The notes beneath the pieces were generated by a model that was not told the origin of the DNA, searched no databases, and was given only the letters and a program-made list of their open reading frames with translations. The translations under genes were made by a program, and so were the position numbers. A DNA stretch of 62,724 nt, filler included, from Choristocarpus tenellus KU-1152 (lineage: Eukaryota > Protista > Phaeophyceae), in the NCBI GenBank assembly GCA_964200185.2. It is 12 parts of 12 records of this genome, joined end to end, with 100 filler letters (N's around TTAATTAATTAA, not from the genome) between each part and the next. Parts side by side here need not be neighbours in the genome. Positions count along the whole stretch, not along the records: positions 1 to 8,871 come from CAXNAD020004240.1; positions 8,972 to 12,324 come from CAXNAD020020605.1; 10 more parts are not named here. One strand, 5' to 3'. Positions within the stretch are counted from its first letter, which is position 1, and every line of letters starts with the position of its first letter. Shown here one piece after another: positions 1-11,077 of this stretch.

Positions 1-412
1 TCTTTTCAGTATGAAATCGTATGCTGGTCGATATTCGTATTTATTATAACACAATTCTCAACGGAAAGACGAATCAGAGTTTTGAAGACAGACCGACCTG
101 ATGAAATAAAGCAGCAACTCCATCCCTCAGTCCTCTTTTCAATTCATTCCCTTCCGTACATACCATTCAAAAAGGGGCCCTAAAAAGGTTTTATGACATT
201 TACAAAAAAAAACATATTGGCACATTCCGCGCACCATTTCGGTCAAACCCATCCTCCACGAAATGATCCATCCGCCATTATCATGATCCACTGTTCTAGG
301 CCCGCTGAACTTGTGGGCATCCGTGCCTACAATTGCTGGTGTGTTACAAGGCGAACAGACCCCATTTTCAAACACCACATCAAAGAACTCAGTGACTCCA
401 GCTGAGTCTGCT

Positions 413-669
413 GAACCAAAGCATTTAAGAGGGTAGGACCGCATCCGTTTGGGGTCATAAATCCGATGTTACGATTTTGATAAAATTTATCACTATCGTG
501 TTTGTTAGCAAGTGTCAAAATCCTTGCTCCGGACACATCTTCACAGTTGCATACGTTTTAGGTAATCATGTTTACACAGAAAACCGAAAAAGGGCATAAA
601 AAACCCGTGGAAGTCAAGCCCGAACGGACAAACAAGGCAAAACGCCTACCCTCTTAAATGCTTTGGGTC
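413..669 (-). mobile_element. MITE family A copy (divergent subfamily)
   Basis: TIRs GAACCAAAGCATTTAAGAGGGTAGG / CCTACCCTCTTAAATGCTTTGGGTC. 4-bp TSD TGCT on both sides. Internal sequence aligns with the other family A copies. Confidence 0.85.
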
Positions 670-1399
670 TGCTACCTCCATTATCTTTTCCACAGTCTAC
701 AGCGAAGTGCTGTCAGCTTGTTCCATGATTGAGCAAGCCAGGTGGAAGGAGTTCCAGTTCCAATGGCGTGGGCTGGTGGCCCTGGGCTGGTGAAGGATAG
801 GTCTTATCCATGTTTAGTACTGTGCCTACCTCGTACAGATCCGTTTTAAGTTGATCAAAAGCAGATAAAGTGATCGAGTTTACCTCCTTTGTGGAGATGG
901 ATGTGTCCTCCTTGGGGTCCAAAGGTGGGCTGAACCTACACTGGAGAGCTTCGGTTGTGGCCATGCATTAAACTAAATATTGAAGTGGGAAATTGAAAAA
1001 AATAGCATGGCAGTTTGTTGAACAAACCAGTTACGTTATGAGTGAGTAAATACAGTATATACTATTCGCAGTATTTTATTATTTTTTCCTCTGACATTAA
1101 CTGTATATTTGCATGTTCGTGGTAGAATTGACCTCCCCATACCGTTCCACTGGTCCCCCCGCAAAGAAATTACCACATTATTATGCCGTCCAACATTTTG
1201 CAGACATGTCAGGGAAAAAACAAGACCAAAACTATATTAAAAGGACGACTGACCAAGAAATCTGACAGTTGTCGTCAATCCTAAGACACCTCCCTAAAGT
1301 GCATGTGCTGATTTGAAGCTAATAATGCAACAATATCCCCTTTAAAGGTTTTCGCTTTCTAAGTAATGTACATTCTACTATGCTTCTAACCTAGCTTAG

Positions 1400-1647
1400 G
1401 AGTGAAAGTATCTTAGAGGGTACGAATTTTTCCCTCTTTGTCCATTTGGGGTTTGGCTTCCCACGGGCTTTTTATGTACTTTTCCTACTCCGAAACTAGG
1501 TAAAATGTACACGTTATGAAAAGGTGTATTTAAAACAAGGATATTGACACTTCCTAAACAAATAATAGCCAAATTTTGATCAAAATCGCAACATTGGATT
1601 TTGGTCCCCAAACGGACGCGGCTCTACCCTCTAAGATACTTTGACTC
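1400..1647 (+). mobile_element. MITE family A copy (Sola2-like)
   Basis: Ends GAGTGAAAGTATCTTAGAGGGTA ... TACCCTCTAAGATACTTTGACTC. TSD TTAG (1396-1399 and 1648-1651). Confidence 0.92.
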
Positions 1648-1905
1648 TTAGCGCTACAAAGGTGGGCGAGGATCTAGGGCAACAACCCAATAATCTATCG
1701 CAATCTTCTTGCCCAACTTCCTGGTATCTCAAATCTGGTTGGTGGAAAAACCTCTGAGCCTCAAATCGCCGTGTCCATGATTCGTATAGGTGGCATTTTG
1801 GAAACTCTAATTGTGTAAGAAATTATTATAACTCTGATTTTTGTCAATTCCTAAACAGGACACACCTCCCAAGTTTGAAAATAAATTAATGTTTAGCTCC
1901 CTCCT

Positions 1906-2088
1906 GCCTCAAAGTATCTGGGGGTGGGTGGCGTTTGTCCATTTGGGATCAATTCTTTCATGTCGCGATTTTTGTGTGATTTGGTTGCATATGTCGGATG
2001 GATAATGAAACTGCACTTTTCCTGGTTATGATCCAAATGGACACCCTGGTGTAGATCCCCCCTCCCCCCCCCAGGGATACTTTGGGAA
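1906..2088 (-). mobile_element. MITE family B copy (~180 bp)
   Basis: Reverse-complement homolog of 3281-3458. Ends CAAAGTATCTGGGGG ... CCCCAGGGATACTTTG. Flanks TCCT/TCTT. Confidence 0.75.
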
Positions 2089-3280
2089 TCTTTTGATTAT
2101 TAGTATAAACAGTATATATTTGTAAGGTCCTCTGACATCTTGAAGATATGCCATGGAGGGAACAGAAGCAGAGACCAACCTTATTCTGTGATACAACGAT
2201 GTCCCCTTGGAGATTATTTCTTTAATAACTAATGTGCAAACTGCTATGTTCCCAACCTATACGAACGAGGGTGGACTAGGAGCTAGGGAAGGAACCCAAC
2301 AATCCGTCAGACACCTTCTTGCCCACACCCCCAGTGTCTTTAGCTTGAAATACATTGTGTGTCCTGAAACAGCACTTGCTGTGCAGTGACTGATTCTATC
2401 TGTCTCATAAAAGACTTGACAGCCCCTTTCCTATAATAACCTCCAGTCCCTCTCCCCTGTGCTGCAAGGGTGGCCAACTTAGCTAGGAAACCCTCTGCTT
2501 GGTTTCCAAAGTATCCAAACTTTCCGTATCTAAGGTGTTGAGATTAAAACTACGAGGGTGAGAAGATTCATCGTACTGGGTGTGGTTTCACACATCAGTT
2601 GCAGGACATATGTGATTAGTGGAGAGGGAGGAAATCGGAAGGGGTCAAAAAAGACAGTTCCGGGAAATAGGAATGATGGGTTGGTACCTAGATGCCATCG
2701 ACATAGAAACCAGGACACGTTGCTAGGAAAAAGAAAGAACCCATGCTCTGGTGCGAAGTGGGAAGCCTATGAGAAGGGTTCTTGGAATGTACCAGAAGCA
2801 TACTTTTGATCAAATTTCCACTCACTAGCCCTGTCGCTCGAGAGAGTGAGGGGGAGGAAAGGATTGAGTTGGGCACATGAGAGGAGTAGAGGGATTAGCC
2901 TTACACATTATAGGTGGATGGAGGGTTATAAGTTTAAACTACAATAACAGAGAACCAAACCAAATTGAGAGTTAAGCAGGTTTGGACCCTTCTTTGCATT
3001 CTAAGTCATCATTCCTGCTCTGTGCAATACACTCTGTTTCATTTTTTTTTAGGTGTACAACAGAATACAAAATCGATATTCCCCCTTTCGACATATAAAA
3101 TACGCCACATTAATCAAGCAAAGGTTCTTTCTGGAACTGTACAAAATTATGTCTTTTTGCCTTTCTCAAGATCCTTCAAATAATGCAATCCGGGCTATTT
3201 CTCAATTGTTTTTGTTGAGAGTGTTAGTTGCTGGTTCTATTATAATTGCAACTTCGCTTAGTGAGTGTATGGTGAAAACA

Positions 3281-3458
3281 GACCTAAAGTGTCTGAGGGG
3301 GTTGGGAGGTCTACACCAGGGTGTCCATTTTGGCTAAAACCAGGAAAAGTGCACTTACATTATCCATCCGACGTATGCAACAAAATCACCCAAAATTGCG
3401 ACATGGAAAAAATGGACCCCGAATGGACACCCGTCACCCGCCCCAGATACTCTGAGCC
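3281..3458 (+). mobile_element. MITE family B copy (~180 bp)
   Basis: Imperfect TIRs GACCTAAAGTGTCTGAGGGG / CCCCAGATACTCTGAGCC. TSD AACA on both sides. Shares the GTCCATTT / AATGGAC subterminal motif with family A. Confidence 0.8.
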
Positions 3459-6281
3459 AACAGTCAACATTTGTTCAGGAAAACAACTATCATATTCTTG
3501 TGTACTAGAGAGTAGCAAAGTCTTTTGTTTGTATGGAAGTTTTAAAGGCTTCTACTTTTCTCAAGGGTAGGTGACTTCCTCATTTATTTATTTTGGTTAC
3601 ATATGCTACAACAAATGGTTCAATAAATACAATTCTCTCAATACATCATTATTGAGTTCTCCCTTTTATATTTTTGTCTACCTGTAAATAAGTCTGTGCA
3701 ACATCTTACCAAGCATATTAGTATGGTGTAAAGTAATAATGCTTGTTTTGGACGTACGTAGTATGCTGTGATGTATGTGGTTTGGGATTTTTGGAGCCAA
3801 GCTTTGGGATCCCTACAATTGTAGTGATTGATTAGGTTTGTTGTCTACATTGAGAAACAGCCAGAAGCTTCTTGCCTGCAATCTACTATTTTTACGGCAG
3901 TCCTTGTGATACAGCTTTGTTTTTTTCCCTAACATCTGGAAAATGTGGGAAGGCATAATAGTAGTAGTATGTCCGCAAGAGGAAATTTTATCTCAAAAAT
4001 TGCTAACCGGTAAAAATGATGTGACAATCGCGATCATATTCCATATATTTCATGCTCTCTATGAAGAGGTCGTTGAATTGAAAGACAACAAATGGTGATG
4101 GTTGATTGGTGACGAGGTGCTGCATTAGATAGCAAAATGGCATGATGATTGTCCACGAAAAAATGGGATGACATAATGCAACACACACAGTGTTACTGAG
4201 TTCCTTGCTATGCAGCAGAAGTGGAGAACCAAAGATGTCAGGTATCTGCTACTTTGACCCTTGTCTGCCCCCTGACTAGCTTTTGCTTTGTCTGTCGTCT
4301 TTGTCGGCGATATCGAAAACTAAATATCGACATAGGAATGTACTGGAATAGCAATATTTCGTGGCCAATTCACCATGAGAACACGGGGCTGAGCAGTGGG
4401 TCTGACCGACTCCTGTGTTAGTGCTATCATGATCTACAGGTCTAGCCGTGCAGCTGTAGAAGTTGCAAGATGTGTCGTCTGTTTCTTGTTTTATACTACG
4501 CACATAGTAGTACTATTGAGCCGGAGTAAACGAAATATACCCAGTTCTTGGTCGCTTTTCGGATTATAAATCAGTTTTTCAATCTGTGGCAATTCACCCA
4601 TATTTCCTTGGGTGAAGTGCGAAGTTTGGGTTGAGAGGGTTGATTTCTCTATTCTTTGACCTTTCAACACAGTTCCGAGAATATCCTGTTTCATAGATGG
4701 GGGAGTATTTACAACAAATAATCTTGTTTATTTTTTGGTTAGGGTTGTCTTTTACATATTAAACAAATATTATTTTTCATGAAGAAAATAGTGACTGTGT
4801 CCCCTAAAAAGGCACACTGCGAGGACAGTCTGCATTAATGAGCTTATAGAGAAGCCCAATATTCAACACAGCCCCTCTATGTCTGACCCACATGATTCAT
4901 GGGTGATCCTCCTCTTAGGTGGGGAGATCAAGGGGGCACCGCTGGTTGATTGGGGTTTTGACCCATCCTTTCAGGTACCAGAGTCTTCTGAAGAGGAAGA
5001 GAAACGTATACCTAGCTTGGAGGAAGAGGACCTACCCACAAGCGTAGAAGCAAAACTGATACCCCCTTGGATTGATAAGTTTGGCTTCTTTGCGTGGCAA
5101 CCTTGCTCTCATGGGTGATCGGGGTGGCCCCCCCCGTCATCAAGGCTTTGGGACGTCAGTCTCATATAATGTACGGGATATGGAGTAATATACCAAAACA
5201 TGTTTTCGACTTCAAAAGTGAAGGGACGCCAACATGGCATCTACAAACATAATCTTACCCACGACCCTACTTGGGGCTTCCACAAAGTGTTAGTTTAGAA
5301 CTTGTGGTGATTGATTTTATGATGTTATCACAGAACAACAACTGAACGAAGTAGAAGTGTTGTATGTAATTACAATCGTAGTAGTACTGGCTTTTACCCC
5401 AACACATCTGCAAATTATGAGAGGGAATAATGATATATATATAGTAGTAGTAACCTGAGATTTATGTACTTTTCTTTTTGCTATTAAATCACTAAAGATT
5501 TGTACACCATTGTTCTTTCCTACTAAATCACAAATTTTGTAAAAGATTTTTCTTTCGTAAGTGTGGAATGCAGGTTTGTCCGTTGTTATGCCGTTAATGC
5601 TGTATGCGATATATCATTATACCGATTGAGGTTGTGTTTGAGAACTTCGGTTCAACTGTGTGGAGGATACCACCCTTGTCTGAGTGAACTATGCTGGCAC
5701 AGAATCAATTGATTCATATAATAAATCAAAAGAAAATATTTATATACGATTATTCTTTCCTGTTGTTAAATTATCTAAAGTTTGTGTATCAAGATGAGGT
5801 AGGGACAGATCAACAATACAGAATGATCTTCTCTCGACAGATAGGGACAACTCATTTACAAGGGTTGTTGTGATATTGGTTTGGCTTTTTCCCTGACACA
5901 TATCCAAAATGTCAGAGGGTATAATAATATGTATGTTGACAAAATGGTGAGTGATACCTAGAAGTCATGTGTACAAGGTTACAACAAGGTTATATCAGCA
6001 AATCGGGATGTGTAAATCATTCCTCAACATTGAGTTATACTCAGTACATTATTTGAGGTAGAAGATTCCTGGATAGAAATGATTAGTACACCTTTACCAC
6101 TCCTTCAACCTTCACAAACAGATATTTGCATATTCTTTTCACTGATTTGTAGAGTACAAATAATTAAATGATGATTTGTCCTATGTGTCAAATAGTGTAC
6201 TATCGGGCTCACTTATGTAAGAAGCTTGTGTGGGACAATTAATTTTTGATTTACATATATTTCCTCCAAGACTCCCTTAGC

Positions 6282-6465
6282 ATACCTTCTCGGCCTTTTG
6301 GCTAAGATCATGTGTAGTATCTGTTCTATCTAGTGTGAAAACTAGATGATCTCCAATGGAGATCAAATTTCACACCTGTTTTTGAGATCGCTGGATCCAG
6401 TGTCGCTTGCGGTACTCCAGCTGGATTTCCTTGGCATTACACTACCGTCAAGAGAGGTCCGTCCC
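6282..6465 (+). ncRNA. U2: U2 spliceosomal snRNA (variant or pseudogene copy possible)
   Basis: 5' end ATACCTTCTCGGCCTTTTGGCTAAGATCATGTGTAGTATCTGTTCT with branch-point recognition GTAGTA (6314-6319). Stem IIa TCTAGT/ACTAGA, stem IIb TGATCTCC/GGAGATCA, IIc partner TTTCACAC, Sm-like TTTTTG, stem IV CTTGGC/GTCAAG. The 3' end is approximate. Confidence 0.93.
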
Positions 6466-7373
6466 TCTGGGGACAACACAACGACTACCCAACGACAAAA
6501 AGAGGACTACAAAAGGATCTTGTAGTAGTGCTGTATACTCTAATTTCTGTTTTTTTCATGAAATACACAACAATGCATAGTGGACAGATGAGTAAGGACC
6601 GATAGTATCCTAAAGGGGGGTCAGGTGTCCATTCGGGACCTCTGTGAACCTGGAGTGATTTTCATGCTATCTTAGTGAACGTGTCACATGAACGTGTCAG
6701 ATGTAAGGGCAATTTCCTTCATCTCAACGCGCCTTCCTTTTCCATCCCCTTCTTGCCAGAACCAAATCCGAAGGAAAATCACCCGCAAAACTGGCATCAA
6801 ACTGGGTTATCCTCCGCACCTCATCAAGCTCCAATTGGACAACCTAGGCTAAACACCCTCTCCTCTAAGACACTATGGACCTAATGATGACAATGTGAGA
6901 TTATTATCGTAAGTTATGATTGAGCTATGCATACAAATATACTGGGTGTTGGGAGTCCATCAAGAGGAAGCGCCTGGCAATCTGGGGTAGAGATAAATAG
7001 ACGTGGAGTTGACATAGATGATTAATCAACTAGAGAACTTCTAAATGGATTGCACAGTCCTCTCTCAGATGAGAACACCTGCCTTGCCCAAAAAGTAGAC
7101 TGCTATCCCTTCCGTGCTTCTCCCGACCACAGCACTTCCACCCAAGACGGAAGACTTACCTCGAGAACCGATATCAAAAATCGGTTTGACAAAAGAAACG
7201 ATGAAGACATTTGCGATGCAGGGTTAGACCTAGCACAGCTCATCAAGTAGATGCTTACAAAATTTTCTATCTTCATTGTACTTCAATGCAAGAAAGATTA
7301 TTCAAGTACATATACAGTATATTTGAAACATGAATTAGACCCTGCGAAATAATATATTCCCAAAGAGTAGAAT

Positions 7374-7919
7374 TTAGCGTTCACGGCCGTGCAACAAACA
7401 CAATGTGCGCGGTGCAATGGTCTCAGATGATATACGGATTGCTTCTTCAACAGCTCCCAAAAGACCATCACATGACCTGGTGTACTCTGCTGTCCAGGGA
7501 CACCTCTGAACCTCTTTAGCATCCCGACCTTTAACACCTTCTCTTGGTCCAGCCCCCAGACCTACAGCTTGCTGTCCTGCACCTGGCCTGGCCTTTGTTG
7601 ACGAACCTGCCACTCTCAAGGCCGCTGCCCCCACCCCTATCCCTTGTGCACCCTTTCTCTCCACCTCTTTGGATGAGTGTTCATCTCTTTCTTCTGTCCC
7701 AATTTGGACCCTTTCGTCCTGGGCACGGTCGCTGCCTTCACCGTTTATCAAACCTACACCATCCCATACTATATTGGTGCAGACGTGCAGCAGTATGAGC
7801 TCGTACACACGGAGGTCCAAGACCCTTCGCAGGCGTTGTGACCGCTTCAGTGCCAATCCCTGCTGGCCATCCTGCTCTCGCACAAGGATTGCTAGACGCC
7901 ACAGTTGATTCTCCAGCTC
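7374..7919 (-). CDS. Putative large exon of an unidentified multi-exon gene
   Basis: Open frame after a CAG acceptor (ELENQLWRLAILVREQ...EEAIRISSETIAPR) with protein-like composition. No recognisable domain. Confidence 0.35.
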   Translation of the reverse strand, partial: ELENQLWRLAILVREQDGQQGLALKRSQRLRRVLDLRVYELILLHVCTNIVWDGVGLINGEGSDRAQDERVQIGTEERDEHSSKEVERKGAQGIGVGAAALRVAGSSTKARPGAGQQAVGLGAGPREGVKGRDAKEVQRCPWTAEYTRSCDGLLGAVEEAIRISSETIAPRTLCLLHGRER

Positions 7920-8710
7920 CTGATAGTTGTTAACACAAAACATGTTCTCAAGAGTTGTGTTCACAGAGTTCTAAGGGTTATTGAGTGTTAGGTGTGTCAA
8001 TGAATTTGAGGAAAGCAAGGCGAAGGAGGACATGCAAGATGTGATACAAAATGCCTTCACCAAAGGGGATACCCTGCATATCCCTTTGAAAAAATAGGGA
8101 TGCATTTGCCGAGTTATCACTCCTGCCTCCTAATTATTGGCATGACTCAAAGAAAATGTAGAAGGTAGATGGCCAGCTCAACCATGGAGGGGTTAACGCT
8201 TCGTAGGAAATGCCCTTCCTTGGTGCAGGGACTTGTTCCCTCAGTGGGTTGCAATTCTGTGCATGTTGGCATTGGGAGACTGATGTGATAAAATGTGCCA
8301 GCAGGCCATGGATGATAATAGTGCGAGAGTGAACCATACTATTCAGAACCACAGTCCACACCACGTACTGCTGCATTTGGAACATTTGGGGAAGGTGTCA
8401 ACAAGCAGGGTACCACCAATCGAATGATGCTCTCCATCTACAAAATCGAGTAAGCTCTAAAACCCCCCGAACAAAGATGCCTAATAATGGCATACTGCAG
8501 AGAGATTAGCTTAATCCTTTGAGCAAGAAAGTTGACAATGCCAACAATAGCAGCAGCAGTAGCAGCAACAATAACATAGAAAAATAAGCAATCATGACCA
8601 TGGTATTATTATCAACAATACGAATCTTGAGGATTAGACACTATAGTAAAAAATCAAAATGATCCACACCAACAGAAAAACCCACGAACTGCATTCAGCC
8701 TGTAGGGTGG

Positions 8711-8871
8711 GAGTGAAAGTATCTTAGAGGGTACGAGTTTTGCCCTATTTGTCCATTTGGGGCTTGGCTTCCCATGTGTTTTTTTGTGACATTTTCCTAC
8801 TCCAAGATGGTCCAGAGTGGGTAAAATGTGTACATTACGAAAAGGTGTGTCCGGAACAAGGATATTGACAC
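8711..8871 (+). mobile_element. MITE family A, partial (cut by contig end)
   Basis: Left TIR GAGTGAAAGTATCTTAGAGGGTA plus internal sequence up to GGATATTGACAC. Confidence 0.88.
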
Positions 8872-8971
8872 NNNNNNNNNNNNNNNNNNNNNNNNNNNNN
8901 NNNNNNNNNNNNNNNTTAATTAATTAANNNNNNNNNNNNNNNNNNNNNNNNNNNNNNNNNNNNNNNNNNNN
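8872..8971. other. Artificial contig-joining linker (first of 11)
   Basis: N44-TTAATTAATTAA-N44, with stops in all six frames. Identical 100-nt linkers at 8872-8971, 12325-12424, 15899-15998, 18869-18968, 21498-21597, 24733-24832, 33843-33942, 36706-36805, 44308-44407, 47111-47210 and 55839-55938. Confidence 0.98.
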
Positions 8972-9321
8972 GGTTGGGGTTCGGGGGGGGGGGGGTGGGG
9001 ATGTGTGTTTTTTTGTTGGGTTGGGGGGGTGGGGGGGGGGGGGGGGGGGCTACTTACTACTGAAACGATTTTCAAACAATGTGGTCTCGTGTGTTTTGAT
9101 TTTGGTGTGTCGGTTAGCATTGGAGAACCATCTCCTCGTACAACCCCTTAAGCGCAAACTGTCTTTTGATTACTTGTATTGATAAGGCAGGCAGGATGCC
9201 GGTGGCTTGTTAGTGATACATGAATGTCTTATTGCTATTTTACCTCCGGCCATACGTCTTTCGAGTTGTGTTAGTGAGTGAGTGGATATGCGTGGTGGCT
9301 TGGGTCTCCTTACATGCCTTT

Positions 9322-9577
9322 GGGTGAAAGTATCTTCGAGGGTACGAGTTTTGCGCTGTTTGTCCGTTTGGGCCTTGACTTCCCACGCGTTTTTTATTGC
9401 ATTTTCTACTCCAAAAAGTTTCGGAGTAGGTATAATGTTTATGTTATGAAAAGGTGTGTCCAGAACAAGGATATTGACACATCCTAACAAACACAATACC
9501 CAAGATTATATCAAAATTGCAAGATGAATTTTGGCCCCGAAACGGACACGGCTCCACCCTCTAAGATACTTTGACTC
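9322..9577 (+). mobile_element. MITE family A copy
   Basis: Both TIRs and the central palindrome present. Probable TSD TTTG. Confidence 0.9.
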
Positions 9578-11077
9578 TTTGAGAGCACCTTTGACAGTAC
9601 CATGCACCATGATGTTGGTGCTGGTGTCTGCTGGAACCTCTAGTGCGCATGCTGAACATTTGTCTTCCGCTTTGTTTTTTTCTCTTGCACTTATTGTTTT
9701 GTTTTTTATTATTATTATCCCTTGATTGCGTCTGCCATGAATAATTTCGTTTGTGAGTGCTGGTGAGCGACAGCATGATGTGGTGTCCTGTTTGATTGTC
9801 GCAGCTGTTGGTGCTGCCATCTCTTGACAAATGATGGAAATTGTCATCATCATTTTTTATAGGTGTCAAGGTTTCCTTGTGGTCTTCCAGAGAACTGCTA
9901 GTTGTCGTTATACACCTCCCTTTTAACATTAACAAACTATGCTTAACTTTGTAAAACCTTTATTCCATGCACATAAATATCACTTCAAATCACGGAGAGA
10001 AACTTAACCGCTGTGCTGAGAAGTGAATCTTCAACATTCAGATCTAAAGTTCCCTTAATACCATGCAAAAATGGCAAGATTTTACATGGCTTGAAGTTCA
10101 TGTGGGAATCACGTGAACACACCCTTTAAGAGTACCTGAATTTGCACCTGACATCCTTTACTTCGTACTAAAGTTAAATTGGTCTATCAATGTGCCACAA
10201 GAATGGGTAGAAAAATAGGGGATGATTAACTTTTTATAACTTTTTATAGAGGAAGGGGGTTCCCTCTGTGGAGATGGCTCCGACGTGGATGGCAATTATA
10301 CTCTAACTCTGTTGTACTCACATATACTTCTCACTATTCCGACTCTTTCTGATGCCCCCTGCTGCAGGACTGCTCCTTATTGCTGGCACCATCCTATTAG
10401 AAGAGAACAGTCGAAGGAGGCTCAGAGATCGGGAAGAGGGCTGCGAAAAGGAGTCCTGGCGTATCTTTGGATAGTTTCCTTGGTGTTAGGTCTAGCGATA
10501 GGTTCCTGTTGTACTATGGTTGAACATTTGACTGGGTCGTGTGGAAGGGACTTACACTAATTGTCTGTTTACACCCTGCTGCGGTCATGGGGACTGTTGT
10601 AATGTGTGATGACCGAAAAGAATGAACTTAAAAAGAGCCGTTTAGAATGTAGTTGTAATGGTAGTAGAGCTATCACCCTCCATTCTTTGACAAATCTTGT
10701 TGCAAAGGCTGTAGTGCACCCACATGCCGTTCCCCTTGGAGTAATCCTGGTTATACCTACGCTTTTGAGTATAAGGATTGAAAGTAAACCTGGATTGGAT
10801 TGATCTACTCCCAAGATGCAGCAACGAGAGATGAGGTATGAGTTGCACCTTGGCAACCAAATATTTCCATGTTGTGTGACACTGTTTGAGGGGGACGGGC
10901 AGTTTGCCACTGAGACAAAACACTGTCCAATACAACCTAGTTACACAAGGACTGTCACACAAACTAGACTAAAGGTGCTGCGTATGATACAATCTTTTCT
11001 GGTATAGCTTTGACCCCAAAGTGGAGTTCAATGGTAAACCTTCCATGCATGTTTCCGGACCATTCACACATATCATA

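Noticed and set aside
413-669. MITE acting as an introner (cleanly spliced new intron)
   Set aside because: The obvious GT and AG pairs near the ends that I tested all shift the reading frame.
1396-1611. Recurrent small ORFs such as VNILVLNTPF.., SYPLRYF and RILTLP.K.DS as a gene family
   Set aside because: All are translations of MITE family A, with frames and stops varying between copies.
6224-6237. Plant-type USE (TCCCACA) upstream of U2
   Set aside because: It is in the reverse orientation and the same word occurs in unrelated sequence near 47405.
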